From the human T2T-CHM13v2.0 reference genome, Homo sapiens, in NCBI RefSeq assembly GCF_009914755.1, contig NC_060931.1: a stretch of DNA of 64,000 bases. One strand, given 5' to 3'. Shown here in pieces: positions 28,111-40,717 of this stretch; the first letter of the stretch is position 1, and each line of letters opens with the position of its first letter. Under the pieces are notes generated by a model. It saw nothing but the letters and a program-made list of their open reading frames with translations, had not been told where the DNA came from and did not search any database. The position numbers and the translations under genes are program-made.

Positions 28111-30230
28111 TCCTGCAAATCCTAGAGTCATGAGGAACAGCCGGGTATAGCTCTACTCCCTTTCTCCAGGGATACCTCACACTTTTGAAAAACAGGGCTG
28201 TTCTCTGTATCCCTGTCAATGTAGATGCAGAGGGTCTTGGCGATGATGTGGTTAAAGTAGTGAAAACTCAGCCTTACACTAGGTATGGATTTAATTATCC
28301 CATAGTACTGATTAGTTTGATAGCAAAAAAGGATATTTGAGAAGGAAGCTGCCCATATTATAAAGGCCTGCCTATATAATAAAGGCCTTTTTGCTCATGT
28401 GTGTCTCATTGAAATGATGGAGTGGCTGTGCCAACATCAAGCTAAATAAGGAGAAAACATTTATAAGCACCCTTTTAACTCTGTTAGAGCTATGTATTCT
28501 GAAATCCCTTCAAGTAACAAATGGGTAAGAACAAAAGGGGCAGAATGGGCCTTTCGACTGCAAAGACTGAGGCTCAAGCTTTAGGGAACCCTGTTTATGA
28601 CACTGATTCGATATAGTTAAACTCCGAGCTTCTATGTAGTTAAACATGGGGGAAATGGCCATATCTATAAGGTAGGATTATGAGTCTCAAGCATTCTGAA
28701 AAGGAATGTCAGACATGTCTTTCTGGTCAATGTAGGAATAGAATTTGCTTCATCGGCTAGGTGAACATTTAGGCCAATTGCTATGGCTGTGTCTTAGAAA
28801 GTGACATTTGTGACACGAGAAATAGCTAAGTATAGAAGCCCACCAGTGAACAACAAAAGCCAAAATGTCCATGTGAACTAATGTTTCAATACGTCTGTTT
28901 TTAATTTATGCCTTCCTTTTTCTGGCATCTCTACCCATTTCTCAAATTCCTCCCTTGCTATTTACACTTCAAAACATCTGGGATTGGGCTTCCAGCACCT
29001 GCTATAGGAAGCAGAGATCATCCTGCTGAAAATATGATTTTACATGTTAACATTTAAATTAATATTCTTTATTTAGTTCAAAAACAGTATGTTTTAAAAT
29101 CTAGTTCTCTAAAATATATGCAGCTCAAAAAATGATAACAAGTACAAAATTTTCACAAATGAAATGTGCAAACCTGAAGATCTTGATAAAATAATTTAAA
29201 AAATGAAGGCTGCAACACACAGACTGAAAACAGGCTCTTCATAGTTTAGGATTGGAAGACTCTGCCGTACATCTGTTTAACATCTTGCAGTTTGAAGAAC
29301 CCTGCCTTGCAAAACCTTCTGTACCAATGACACACAGGATAAAAGGTTATATTATGACTTTCAGATGGAAACCTGCAAAAGTTTATCTGGTGGACTGGAC
29401 CATTAACTCATGCTACTTTTGATTCTAACTGTTAAAAGGATTTTTCATGTGCAAATTATAATGAACTTTTAGGTTTATGTCAGAAAACACCAGAAAGAAT
29501 TCTTACTTGGAGAGAGTGAACATGCTGTGGAATGAATAGAATGTTTTAGTTGTGATGTTCAAATGGAACTAAAATTCCCCCAGTAGGGAGTTTGTAGAGT
29601 GTGTTTTAATAATAAGTATATGTGCCTATATATTTAGTTGGGAACAAAAGCACCACATTTGAAATATGAAAGTATTCCAAACTTCCATCACTGCCAACAT
29701 TTATTGAGAGTTTAGCTGAGAAAACAGAAGCCTGTTTTCAGGTATGGCTTCACAAAAATGCCCATATATTGATGTGACAAAAATCATACTTGGTAAGGAG
29801 GCACTCTAGTTTGGAGTAATGTAATATTAAAAATTAGAGATCCCTTTTGAGATCAGTTGACTACCAGAATTGTGTTGTCTTTGCTTACAACTTACTTGGC
29901 TTGGGTGAAGGTGGGAGGTTTTTTTTTTTTTTTTAGGGCAGTTTCTGTACACACCCGGTGTCCTGTGTTAAGCTGTCATGTGGATGTGCATTTTCTTAAT
30001 TTGTAGAAAGGAGATACTTCCTTTTTCCTCCGTAACCCAGGAGTCTTCACTGCCAGGCTCTGGCCCCTGTGTCTCCAGCATTCAGCCCACAGATCCCATA
30101 TATGCTGTGGAAAGCTCACTGTGCCGCAAGTGGGTGTGTGAGCAAAGGAGAGGTAGCATTTTCTTTAGAGACATCCACACCCTCTGACCCAGACGAAGGA
30201 AGAATCTTCTTTGCAGCGGGCTTGCTGCAA

Positions 30231-30240
30231 GGGACTTTCC
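30231..30240 (+). promoter_or_regulatory. Consensus NF-kB site GGGACTTTCC (candidate)
   Basis: Exact match to the classic kB decamer in a repeat-poor block; function untested. Confidence 0.4.
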
Positions 30241-32394
30241 ATGTGCATTTTATCATGCCGAAGCTGACGGTGGTGACAAGTTCCACATTAAATCTGTCTT
30301 TTCTGAAATTTCACATTCTCTTCTTTTTGTAGGGAAAGTGTTGTAATACTCTATCGCTTGTGTAAACAGTCTCATTTAATTAGAGGCTGTCAATTTTCCC
30401 TTGTGTACCATGAAAGCTGCCTTGCCCCCACTCTGGGGCTGTTGTAGACTTTGGTTATGCAGTGATTACCTAAGCTTTGGGGAGCAGTGGGGTGTACATA
30501 CTGACATTGGTAGTAGCCAGCAGTTTTCACTAGGGAAATCAGTTTAGTATACTGTTATTAATTTGGTTTAGAAAATAGCTGCAGAGTGCTCAGACAAATA
30601 AGACATAGCAGAACACATGGTGTTCGTTATTCAATAACTATCCTTCTGGAAAGGAAGCATGGTCTATTTCCCATTTGAGAAGGAGCTTACAAAAACTAGT
30701 AAATATGGAAAGAGGGCATGTACTATAATTTTATAGAATAGCTCTCCTCATGCACTTATACAGCCCTCTCCTCTCCCCCACACACTCCAATCACATTCCC
30801 ACAACATGTCCACATAGAATGTATTCCCAACTGGTATTAGCATAATCATTACCACATTATAAACAAGCTGGTGGAAAAATAGCCTGAAAGACTTAGATGG
30901 TTTGTTTTATAAATGAAGGTGGGGGTGGAAAGCCAGATATTTTTGGAACAAATTCCTCTGTCTTTAGAAATGATAGCTCAGCTCTCATAAACCTCAACTG
31001 ATAGCATGGACTGAAGAGGTGGAGTTGAAGAAAGTCATGACATATTCGGTATTTCTCAGTGAAGGTCAATGAAAGGTCTCCTGTGGAGCCTCTCTGCTGG
31101 AAGAAGTCCTCATGATAGAAATGTTGAGCCTTCCTTTCTTCTTTCTTACTGGAGCACACATGGAATACTTTTTGTTTTACTGGTTTAATATAGTTCTGTT
31201 GGTCAAGGTCTCTGGCTGTTTCTCCTTTGTCTATTGCATTTTTCCTGGAGTTGACGAGATGAGAAATCCTGACTTAATGGCTAATTCCAAGTTTACTGCC
31301 AAGACCAATAAAATATGATGTAAAATATGGCCTTACCTGAAAGCTTCCGGACATTAACGCTGTTAGATCCAGTTTTCATTGTAAAAAGAAACCAAGACAA
31401 AGGAAGGAGAATAATTTTATGAAAGTAAGAGTTGGTTTGTGTGTCCAGGTTCTAAGAGATCAGATAACAGGCTGAAAAGAGATTTGGTGTACCATCCTTT
31501 TTTCTTCCTTTCTTTTTCTGTTTGATTTTTACAGTTATATAGAGAATAACAAAGTATGCTTGCCACAGAAGAATCATGGGTGTGTTCTTTTAAACATTTG
31601 ACTTTGGAAATACCCAGAGAACTGTGTGATGGGGATGAAGATGGCATTAATGAATGTGATTCAAACAATGCACTCTCTGTGGGCTTATTGCATCTGTGGC
31701 CTACTGATTTGTTTGTAAGATTGCCTTAATTTGATCAGATAGGCTCAGTCATGTGTATCTATAAAATCAGAATCATACATCATATGGATCACATGAAGTT
31801 CAACATCCAGGAAGTTAATCTTCAAGCCCAGCACTCAAATGTCTTTCACCTTTGACATGGGATTTCTATTTGGAATAAATTTAACAACACTCTTTCCTCC
31901 TGCCCTAGCTCAGACTTAGACACAGGACATCATTACATGTAGCAGACCAATGGGAAAAGAATTCACACGTATCACACTGGCATGGCTCTTTGGAATACTG
32001 GAACCTCACTTTAACTCCTGTGCGCTGTCCTCAAATTACATCAAGTGCTGTGGTTATTTAATGTTTCATTATCAATAAATTATTTGATATGAAATAATTA
32101 TACTCATAAATTGGCTTTTTTCCTTAAGAAAGGTAATTAGATTAAGACAGGCCTATTTCAAAGTAATGTGCCCATTTTTTCATTATATGTTTGCAAAGTT
32201 AATAAAGTAATTGATATTGTAAAGAGTTTGCCAAAAGTCAGGGCATTAAAATTAAAGCCTGAAGTCCAAAAGAGCTGGCTTAATGTATTATTTATTGAGC
32301 ACTGATGGAATATTCAGTGTAAGACAACAAAATTAAGCCAATGTATTCACAGTTTGAATAAAAGCCTCTAAATATTTTTTCCTATTGACAACAG

Positions 32395-32560
32395 ACTCTT
32401 AGACTCATAGAATAGAAAAGGACCCTGGAAGATTTATGATCTATCAAATTCACATTATAGATGAAGAATCAGAGGCTTAGGCGAGGGCAGTGACTTACCC
32501 CAGGGCATAGTAGCCCAGCTGAAGTTAGAACTCAGTCCTGTTGATTTCCTGAGACTGACA
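32395..32560 (-). mobile_element. MIR/MIR3
   Basis: cattatagatgaagaatcagaggcttaggcgagggcagtgacttaccccaggg. Confidence 0.7.
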
Positions 32561-32729
32561 ATCTGCCCTTTTTCACGGATTCCACCCCAGGCCATCCACT
32601 CATCCTTTTTGCTCACTTTCTGCAGTATCTTTCTGGCTCCATATTTAGCCTCTGGCCTTGCCCAGCTCCGCTCTGCATGCCATTATAAGATTAACCTTCT
32701 TCAAGCATAATTCTAATCATAATCTTTTA

Positions 32730-33189
32730 TGTATTAGAGTTCTCCAGAGAAACAGAAGCAATAGGAGACTTAATGTAATAAGAGATATATCTCCTATTGC
32801 TTCTGTTTCTGTTTCTCTGGAGAACCCTGACAACTACAGAAGAGACTAGTCATATGTATATGACTTATGAGTAATTGAATCATGTGATCAGTCCCAAGAT
32901 CTGCAGTTGACAAGCAGGAAAGCCAGGAAAGCTGGTGATGTGGTTCCACTTTGAGGATCAGAGAAGACCAATGTCCCAACTCAAACAGCGAGGCAAGCAA
33001 AGTTCCCTCGTAGCCTTTTTGTCCCCATTCATGTCTTCGGTTGATTGGTTGAGAGCTACTGTACTTAGTTTGCTGATTCACAAGTTAATCTCTTCCAACA
33101 ACAAACTCACAGGCACACTTGGAATAATGGTTGACCAAATGTCTGGGCACCCTGTGGCCCTGTCAAGTTTATGCATAAAATAACCATCA
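32730..33189 (-). mobile_element. MLT2 (ERVL) solo LTR with internal fold-back
   Basis: tgtattagagttctccagagaaacagaa start; end tctgggcaccctgtggccctgtcaagttt...cataaaataaccatca. Confidence 0.88.
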
Positions 33190-33389
33190 TACCTTCCTTA
33201 AAAACTTATAATGGCTATGTCTTTTTTATTATTATTACTTTAAGTAGAGTGTTTTATTTATTTCAAAACTTTTTTATGGACTTAATCTTATTATATCTAA
33301 TTTTGGATTCAGAGAGAAAAGGAGGGAATGCCAACATTGAGTTCCAGATTGTTCTGAGATACTAAGATTATCTTTCAGCTCTTATTTGA

Positions 33390-33770
33390 ATTACAAAAAG
33401 TAAATGCATACTATAAAAATGCAGATAATAGAGATAAACAAAAGAAGGAAATAAATGTTTTCCTTAATTCAAGGATCAGAGGTTACTTCTCTTTATAGCT
33501 TTTTAAAATTTTGTGTATGTGTAGTTTTATAAAATATTAGAAATAATACTCTGATATATTATCATTTTTCATTCACATACATATACCTATGAAAGGATTA
33601 TTTTTAATCATTTTGGTGTATTTGCTTTATGGATATTTTATAATTTATTTAACTAATCCAGTGTTGAATATCAAGATTGTTTGTAATTTATGCTGAGATA
33701 CAGCTTCATACATAGAGCTTTGCACATGTCTGTTTACTCTTTTAAAACAAATTCTTACAAGTGGGATTTT
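33390..33770 (-). mobile_element. L1ME-like 3' fragment
   Basis: ataatttatttaactaatcc...gattgtttgtaattt...aaattcttacaagtgggatt. Confidence 0.5.
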
Positions 33771-33949
33771 TATTTTCCTTATCATGTCAACTCTTAACTA
33801 TTTTGTCTCCTTTTAGCCTTATAATCTTAGATATATTTTCTACAACTTTTTAACACAAGTATTTCATTTAGTGACCTCAGTTTTATACTGTTTCGCATTC
33901 TTTACTTTTTGTGTGTTTTAATTTTAATCCTCCAAATAAGCTATAAACT

Positions 33950-34283
33950 TCTTTCTTCTTTTCTTTCTTTCTTTTTTTTTTTTTTTTTTTTTTGTGATTA
34001 GGTCTCATTTTATTGTCCAGGCTGGAGTGTAGTGGTACAATCATAGCTCACTGCAGCTTCGAACTCATGGGCTCAAATGCTCCTCCCCGCTAAACTGTCT
34101 GAATAGCTGGAACTACAGGCACACCCCATGGCACACTGCTAATTTTTTAAAATTTTTAACGGTTTTTGTAAGACAGGTCTTGCTTTGTTGCTTAAGTGCA
34201 TCTTGACCTCCTGTCTTCAAGCAACCCTCCTGCCTCAGCCTTTTTAATTGCTGGGATTTCATGCATGAACTATGGCACCCAAC
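33950..34283 (-). mobile_element. AluJ (diverged)
   Basis: aatcatagctcactgcagcttcgaactcatgggctcaa (J-type right arm), T-rich tail. Confidence 0.9.
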
Positions 34284-34289
34284 TTTTTC

Positions 34290-34650
34290 TTTTTTTAGTA
34301 GACTATTTTTTAGAAAAGTTTTAGGTTCACAGAAAAATTGAGCAGCAGATACAGAATTTCTCATATATACCACGTGCCCACATATCCATAGTGTCCCGTC
34401 ATCAGCATTCCCCCACCCCCAGAGTTGTACATTTGCAATAATCAGTGAACCTACATTGACCCATCCTTATCATCCCAAACTCCATTGTTTACATTAGAAC
34501 TCACTCTTTGTGTTGTACATGCTATGGATTTAAAACAGTGTATAATGACATGTATCATATCCATCAGTGTATTATCATACAAAATAGTTTCATTCCCCTA
34601 AAAACCCGCTGGCTCTTCCTATTCATCCTTTCCTATCTTCGGACACCCAA
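34290..34650 (-). mobile_element. L1MC/L1MD 3' terminus
   Basis: agttttaggttcacagaaaaattgagcag...gtgaacctacattgac...ctttgtgttgtacatgctatggattt. Confidence 0.8.
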
Positions 34651-34760
34651 TCCATGTCTTCTTATCTATTTATTGAAGGGAAGTATCATATTTTATATTT
34701 TTGTATTGAGTTTTTAAGTAAACATGCAATAATTGACTTGAGTGTATTGCCTAATAACCA

Positions 34761-35028
34761 CCTTGTTACCCGGAGGCCCTCACTGAGCTCTTTCCTTGGG
34801 GCCTCTATATTCAAGTGGGCATACTCTTTGCCCAACAGTTTCTCCTTGGATCTCCTTCTGATGGCCCTCTTGGAACACTTGTGAATGTATGGATTACAAC
34901 CTTCTTGTTCTCCTATTTCCCACCCTATTCTTTGGTTAAATTCTTAGTGAGGGTTTTGGCCTTTGCATTGAAAAGCTGATTTCTGGTATAAGAGGCTTCA
35001 TTATGTTTCTGCTCAATATAAAATTCTG
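34761..35028. repeat. Dispersed direct repeat, copy 1 (unclassified)
   Basis: About 85% identical by eye to 36841-37098. Confidence 0.9.
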
Positions 35029-35259
35029 TCTCTTTCAAGGGAGACTTTTATGTGTTATTAGGTCTGATAATACACTTTCTGTAGACTTAGCTAATGAATT
35101 ATGAATAGAAAATATTAAAAATAAAACTCTTTTGTAATGACTAGGAATAAACAATAAATCCTGGAATAATGACTGAATTTAGTTGAATGTCAAATTAGAG
35201 GTAGCCTTAAAGAAATGCAAGCATTTGGCTGAAATTGTCTAGGAGGAAACCAAAGATGG

Positions 35260-35870
35260 AAAAGACAGTGTACCTCTGCCTTAGGAATTTATTATCTAGT
35301 GTGAACATTGGACACACACAACTCTCTAGTATGTCAGTTTTCAGTGGTGATGCAGTCAGACATTAGCATAATGTGGTCGGAACATAAGGGCAAGAACAGT
35401 TATTATGATTGATTGGCCCAAGGAAAGATTCATTGAGAAAAAGACATTTGAGGAGGGCCTTGAATGATAAATATGATTTAGGTGTGTGAGTTGTGGAAAG
35501 CAGGTTATAAGTGTGGAAATAGCATGAGGAGGCAGTATAGACATTTGAATATACATAAATGTTTCTGAGTTGTTGAAGAGTCTTGTGTAGCAGAAGAAAA
35601 AGATGAGGGGAGTGGACAGTGGAAGATAAAACTGGCAGGGTAGCTCGGGGTCAGATTCTGAGGAATATACAGTGCTGTCCTAGAACAATTGAGAATTCAT
35701 TTCATAGGCAGTGGAATGCAACTAGGAGAGGATTGTAAGGAGGAGATAGCATGTTTGGGTTTATTTCAGGATGATTACTTTGATCTTGTCACAAAAGATA
35801 GATTGCAAGGGCTAGACACTGGAAGCTGAGAGAAGGGTTGGGAGACTTTACAATCAGTGGTTTAGGATAT
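35260..35870 (-). mobile_element. L2 fragment
   Basis: gacatttgaggagggccttgaatgata; aggatgattactttg...gatagattgcaagggctagacactggaag. Confidence 0.7.
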
Positions 35871-35871
35871 C

Positions 35872-35984
35872 AACAATCATCAGTTGCTGTCTATGCTGGT
35901 GGCTCTACCACCTGATGAAGAGACTCTAAACAGTCATAAATTGTTATCTATGCTGGTGGCTCTACTACCCGATTAAGAAATTTA
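35872..35984. repeat. Diverged 57-bp tandem duplication
   Basis: Core tctatgctggtggctctac at 35890 and 35947. Confidence 0.9.
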
Positions 35985-36840
35985 ATCAAATTTAAATCCT
36001 CTTTGGTCTTGTCTGTGACTCTGGTCCTCTTCCTTTTATGGGATATGAATGCCTTCTCCTCTGCTATTGGTTGTATCTCTTCGTATAGGGAAGGACTATT
36101 TGTATTGTGTTCAGTGTTGCTAGTGTTACTAAGTATTCCTGCTAGCTAACAATCCAGAATTGTTCTTCACTGGAATACCTAGTCTTTCATGAAGTTGCGT
36201 TTGCTTTCTGACACCAATTCTGCTCTATTGTACCTTTTCTCTTCTTGTATGAGAAAGCAGGAGTAGAGGCAGATTCCATCAAGAACTGTTTATGCCTGCT
36301 TGGGTAGAGGAGAGCAACCACACATTGAAGCATTTGTTATACATACAATATCCTTTCAGGGCTCTTATTCTGAGACTTATAACCAAAAGCATTTATTTCA
36401 GAACCATGTAATCATATGCTATGGCAAAAGCATTAACTAAATGTACTAAATAATTATTTGAACATTTAAATCAAATATGAATATACTTCCCTTTGTCCAC
36501 CAGTTTCAATTCACTTAGCAGGTTCTTCCTAGCCAGAATAGCCATTGTTCTGTTCTTTTTCCATTTTACTCTCATTGTGTCTTTTGAGGTGTCGCAAGGG
36601 GCTCTAGATGTTTTTCAGAGTTCACATACATTTCATCTTTGTTCTTCAGGATCCATTTACTATAGTACTACAGCTCTCCTCTTCTGGCTACAAAATCTTA
36701 CTGCAGCACTTTCCCTTATTCTTGCCTTCTGTTTTACCCATTTTACCTGTTTTCTTTTCTTTTCTCTTGTCTTGTCAGGTGCCTGTGGCAGCCTTCTCCC
36801 TGCCTTCCCTCAGGCAGCAGTGTGCCATGTCTCTGCAATG

Positions 36841-37098
36841 CCTTGTTGCTCGGAGGCCCTCACTGAGCTCTTTTCTCAGGCCCTCTGTATTCAAGTGGGC
36901 ATGCTCTTTGCCCAGCAGGTTCTCCTAGGACATCCTCCTCTTGGAACACTTGTGATTTTATGGATTACAAACTTCTTGTTCTCTTAGTTCCCACTCCACC
37001 CTTTGGTGATCCTTAGTGACGGTTTTGGCCTTTGCATTGAAAAGTTGATTTCTGGAATAAGAGGTTTAAGTACGTTTCTGCTGAATATAACGTTCTAT
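36841..37098. repeat. Dispersed direct repeat, copy 2 (unclassified)
   Basis: About 85% identical by eye to 34761-35028. Confidence 0.9.
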
Positions 37099-37399
37099 TT
37101 ATTTTCCTTAGGGATATTATGTGTCTTTTGAGGGAGAGAATTGACTTCCAGGCTGAATGCTACCAGGAATACTATCCTCTGTAAACATACTCAACCTATA
37201 CTCACATATAACTTTAAAACATCTTTAAGCTGTCTTTCAAAGTTTGTAAACAGAGAAATGGCTTAGTTAAATCACAGGGAAGTATACAATCTAAAACAGA
37301 CAGAAAGAGAAATAAATATATATGTTGTGCTCGGTCATAATAAACATTGACAGTTCAGGCTGAAGTGTATCCATCATTCACTCCACATACACCCATGGG

Positions 37400-37600
37400 C
37401 ACCATAAGTGATCACTCCTATGGATGGAAGGCAGTAGAAGGCATACATCCTGTCCACAAGAAGAGACCGTTCAGTTGGAGAGACAAACATAAACATGATG
37501 ACTGATTACAATGTGGTAGGATAAGTGTCACAATACAGCCATGTAAAAATAATCTTGAAGACACAGATAAGAGGGTGAATTATTCTGACCAGTACAGGAA
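37400..37600 (-). mobile_element. L2 fragment
   Basis: cagttggagagacaaacataaac...attacaatgtggtaggataagtg. Confidence 0.5.
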
Positions 37601-39483
37601 GCTGGTCTGAGGCAAGGGTGCTGAGTCAGCCAGCCTGAGGAAGACAGTCAGAGTGAAATCAAGGAGCTTTCACAGGTCAGCATTGTACTTGACTTGCAAG
37701 CTGTGAGAGGCTCCCTTCAGCTCAATAACAGAGCCTATCAGACTCATCAAACTTGAGCTACACCATCTTGGAATGCTTTATCAAACTTTAAGGATCCCGA
37801 TTTTCTAGAAAACAAAAGCATCTATGAGGTGCTAGAGAATTGTCTTGAGAGTTCATAGGTCACCATTCCCCACGTCACAGCACACTTTCCCTTAACAGTG
37901 TGACAGGAAGGCGGCAACATCTGTTTCCATGTGACTACACTGTGATACATTGAAAGGGACAGGCGGTGGTTTAGTGCAGCCTGCGACTTGTGAAGAATTT
38001 CATATGGAGAGAATTCTACTCTGTGGTTCTGAAATTAGGAAAAAGAGGAAGTTGCTTTTATTACTGTGGCATGAGAGGCCCCTCTGCCCTCCATACCTCT
38101 GTTTCTAATTTGTAACCATTTCCTGACTGCTGTTCCTGTTGCATGCTTTTTTCATAAGTTACTCCATGGCTTACATCAGTTAATGGCTGGGGCTGCACTC
38201 TCTGAGCCTGGAGCGGAGTCCCTGCACCTGGGCTCACCCTACTAATAGATCACCCAGGGCCTGGTGATGGCCTGCGAGGACAGCTGGAATGGCTCAACTC
38301 CCCCACTCATCTGTCATGATTACCATGCGTTGGGGGTTTGCCTGGCTTGTTCCACTCATTTCCTTTGTCAGCATGACAAAGATCAAAGTGCAAGTAGGAT
38401 ACATAAATGATAACCTAGAACTTTGCCCAAACACATAGGCTGCAATCTGGGTGACATCTTCCATCACACTTTCCCCATAGGCATGGAAGGAAAAGGGCAA
38501 ATTATGTTTTAAGTGTAGCCTTTCTTGCCCAGCCCCTTCCAGCCCCCCATCCCCACCCCCACCACCCAGCTTTGTTTCCTGAACCCATCATCGTTGTATT
38601 AATCAATTGGTTCAGGGATTTGAGATTTCCTGACATAATCACAGGATTGGAGAAATCCTGATTTCTGTTTATATGAAGCTGTGGCTGTGATTGCAGACCT
38701 TGTACCTGGCTGAGCTTGCATCTTTCGTTCCCTATTCAGAGTTTGAGATGCTTCTGGCCATTCTCCTAAAGAATGGGAGTGAATGATCTTTGCATGTCTG
38801 TTGAGCAGAAGATATTTACTTGCAGAATTAAAATAATACTGATAAAAAGTGTTCAAAATGGTAACAATAGTTTGTGGAAATATTTGGGCAGGTAATAATT
38901 ACTTTTGGACTTGTGTTCCCCATTCAAAAACAAAATACCTTGCAGTGTTTCTGAGTTTACTTTTGTCATGCTGTATACGTTCTCTCTTCAAAATGAAAAC
39001 TGATGCATTAAAGAAAGAATGAGTTGAATTTGAGGTATGGGTGCAAATTAGGGAACTCCTAGGAATTAACTAAGGGTTATTCTTTCAGAAAATAACATTC
39101 AGATAGTGCAAAGGGTCTTTAGTTAGGAAAATGTATATGATCTCTGGATTGATGTTGTCTTTAAGAGTTGTATCATACAGAATAGACATGGAAAATTGAC
39201 CGCGAATGATGTAACCCTTGATCAATGCCATTGCACTTGCATGTTTTCTCTATCGAGATAATTTTTTTATTTTTTATAATAATATATGAGAATTTCTCCA
39301 TGGATTTACAGAAATCACAGCTAATCCATGTGATTTCTTTCTAAATATAGATATTTATGTATTTATCTATATCGATATATGTCCACCCTCTACACGTAGA
39401 CTGATAATCATTAACTGATAGTAAAAAGCTAAAAATGTAGACACTTTCCACACCATCTACCTCGTTTACTAAGCTGCCACATT

Positions 39484-39520
39484 ATGTGTGTGTGTGTGTG
39501 AGTGTGTGTGTGCATGTGCA
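39484..39520. repeat. Interrupted (TG)n microsatellite
   Basis: tgtgtgtgtgtgtgtgagtgtgtgtgtgcatgtgc. Confidence 0.9.
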
Positions 39521-39699
39521 CAAGCTGGGCTATGTTTCAAATGTTCTGTTTTCTTTCTCAGAAACTATTGATGTGTTTTGGAAATATTGAGGATGCCTCC
39601 AATGCGAGTATCCCCTATATCAGATAGTGGGGCAGCCCTGCCCTGGGAACTTAGACAACTCAGATCAGATCTTCCCAGTGGGCTAACCTGGCACCTAAC

Positions 39700-39995
39700 T
39701 TCTTCGTGTTTCATGTTCCTCACCTGTAAAATGGTGATAACAATGACTATCTCAAACAAGGACTGTTAGGAGGATTAAATTAAAAAGGCTAATGTGTGAA
39801 GAAAAGTTGCTTAGTGCATTGAACTCTGACTCTGGGGTCTGCAGATCTGGATTTGAATCCTGGCTTTTCTACTTAAAAGCTGTGTAACTTAGGCAATGCA
39901 TTTAATTCTTTGTGCTCAGCAATAAATGTTGTAAGGCATGTAAGTGGCATAGTGCCCGACACATTATGAGCACTCAATAAATACTTGATATTAAT
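39700..39995 (+). mobile_element. Two adjacent MIR fragments
   Basis: ttcctcacctgtaaaatgg...gaggattaaat; tggatttgaatcctggct...gagcactcaataaat. Confidence 0.75.
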
Positions 39996-40717
39996 GTTAA
40001 ATTGTAAATCTGCGCAGATGATAACTTTTTTTGATGAGCTGATAATAAGATAATGCCTAACTCTGATGGTGGATGGTTTCCCTAAATGTAACAACAGATC
40101 TGGAGAGTTTAGTGGCATGTAGATTGTCATTTTGTTCATTCATAACCTGCCAACTTGTTAGGGAATGAATCTTTTTGTAGGTTTAAGCTAAAAGTGTGAT
40201 TGCATGCATTTGTCTTAAAGACAACTGGAATCATTTAGCTTGTTCATGTTTTAGAACACTTCCATGGTAAATGTGAGAGTTAAACAGCATAGTGTAGTTG
40301 TAGCTTCTCTGTACTATGTTTTATTGTGTGGGTAATTTTAATGACCAATGTCTTGAGGGTAAGAATGACTTTGGTGTTTCAGCTAAAAAGCTGACTTTTA
40401 CAGAAGAGGTGTGTTGTATTTATTGATATCTACAGTCTGCATAAAAATGTTCCCTTGACTTCCCTTAGACTTGTGTTTGTCATATTCTTAATTTATGTCA
40501 TATATGTCAGTTTCTCATATATTTTCCTCCTATCAACAGTTGTACTTTTGAGCCTAACAGATTTTTCCTCTTCCAGCATCTCTCCTTTCTAATCCATTTT
40601 GCAAAACTTGACAATCATTTACCTAAAGCATGACTTCTGTTTATTTCACTCCTCTGCCTAATGGTTCCTCATCCTGACCTTAATGCCTGTCCCCATCATC
40701 ATACATTCATGTCACCA

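Noticed and set aside
36493-36987. Longest ORF in the track (164 aa, hydrophobic)
   Set aside because: It starts at a TTG. Its Phe/Leu/Ser richness simply reflects T-rich DNA and a polypyrimidine tract, and I recognise no homology.
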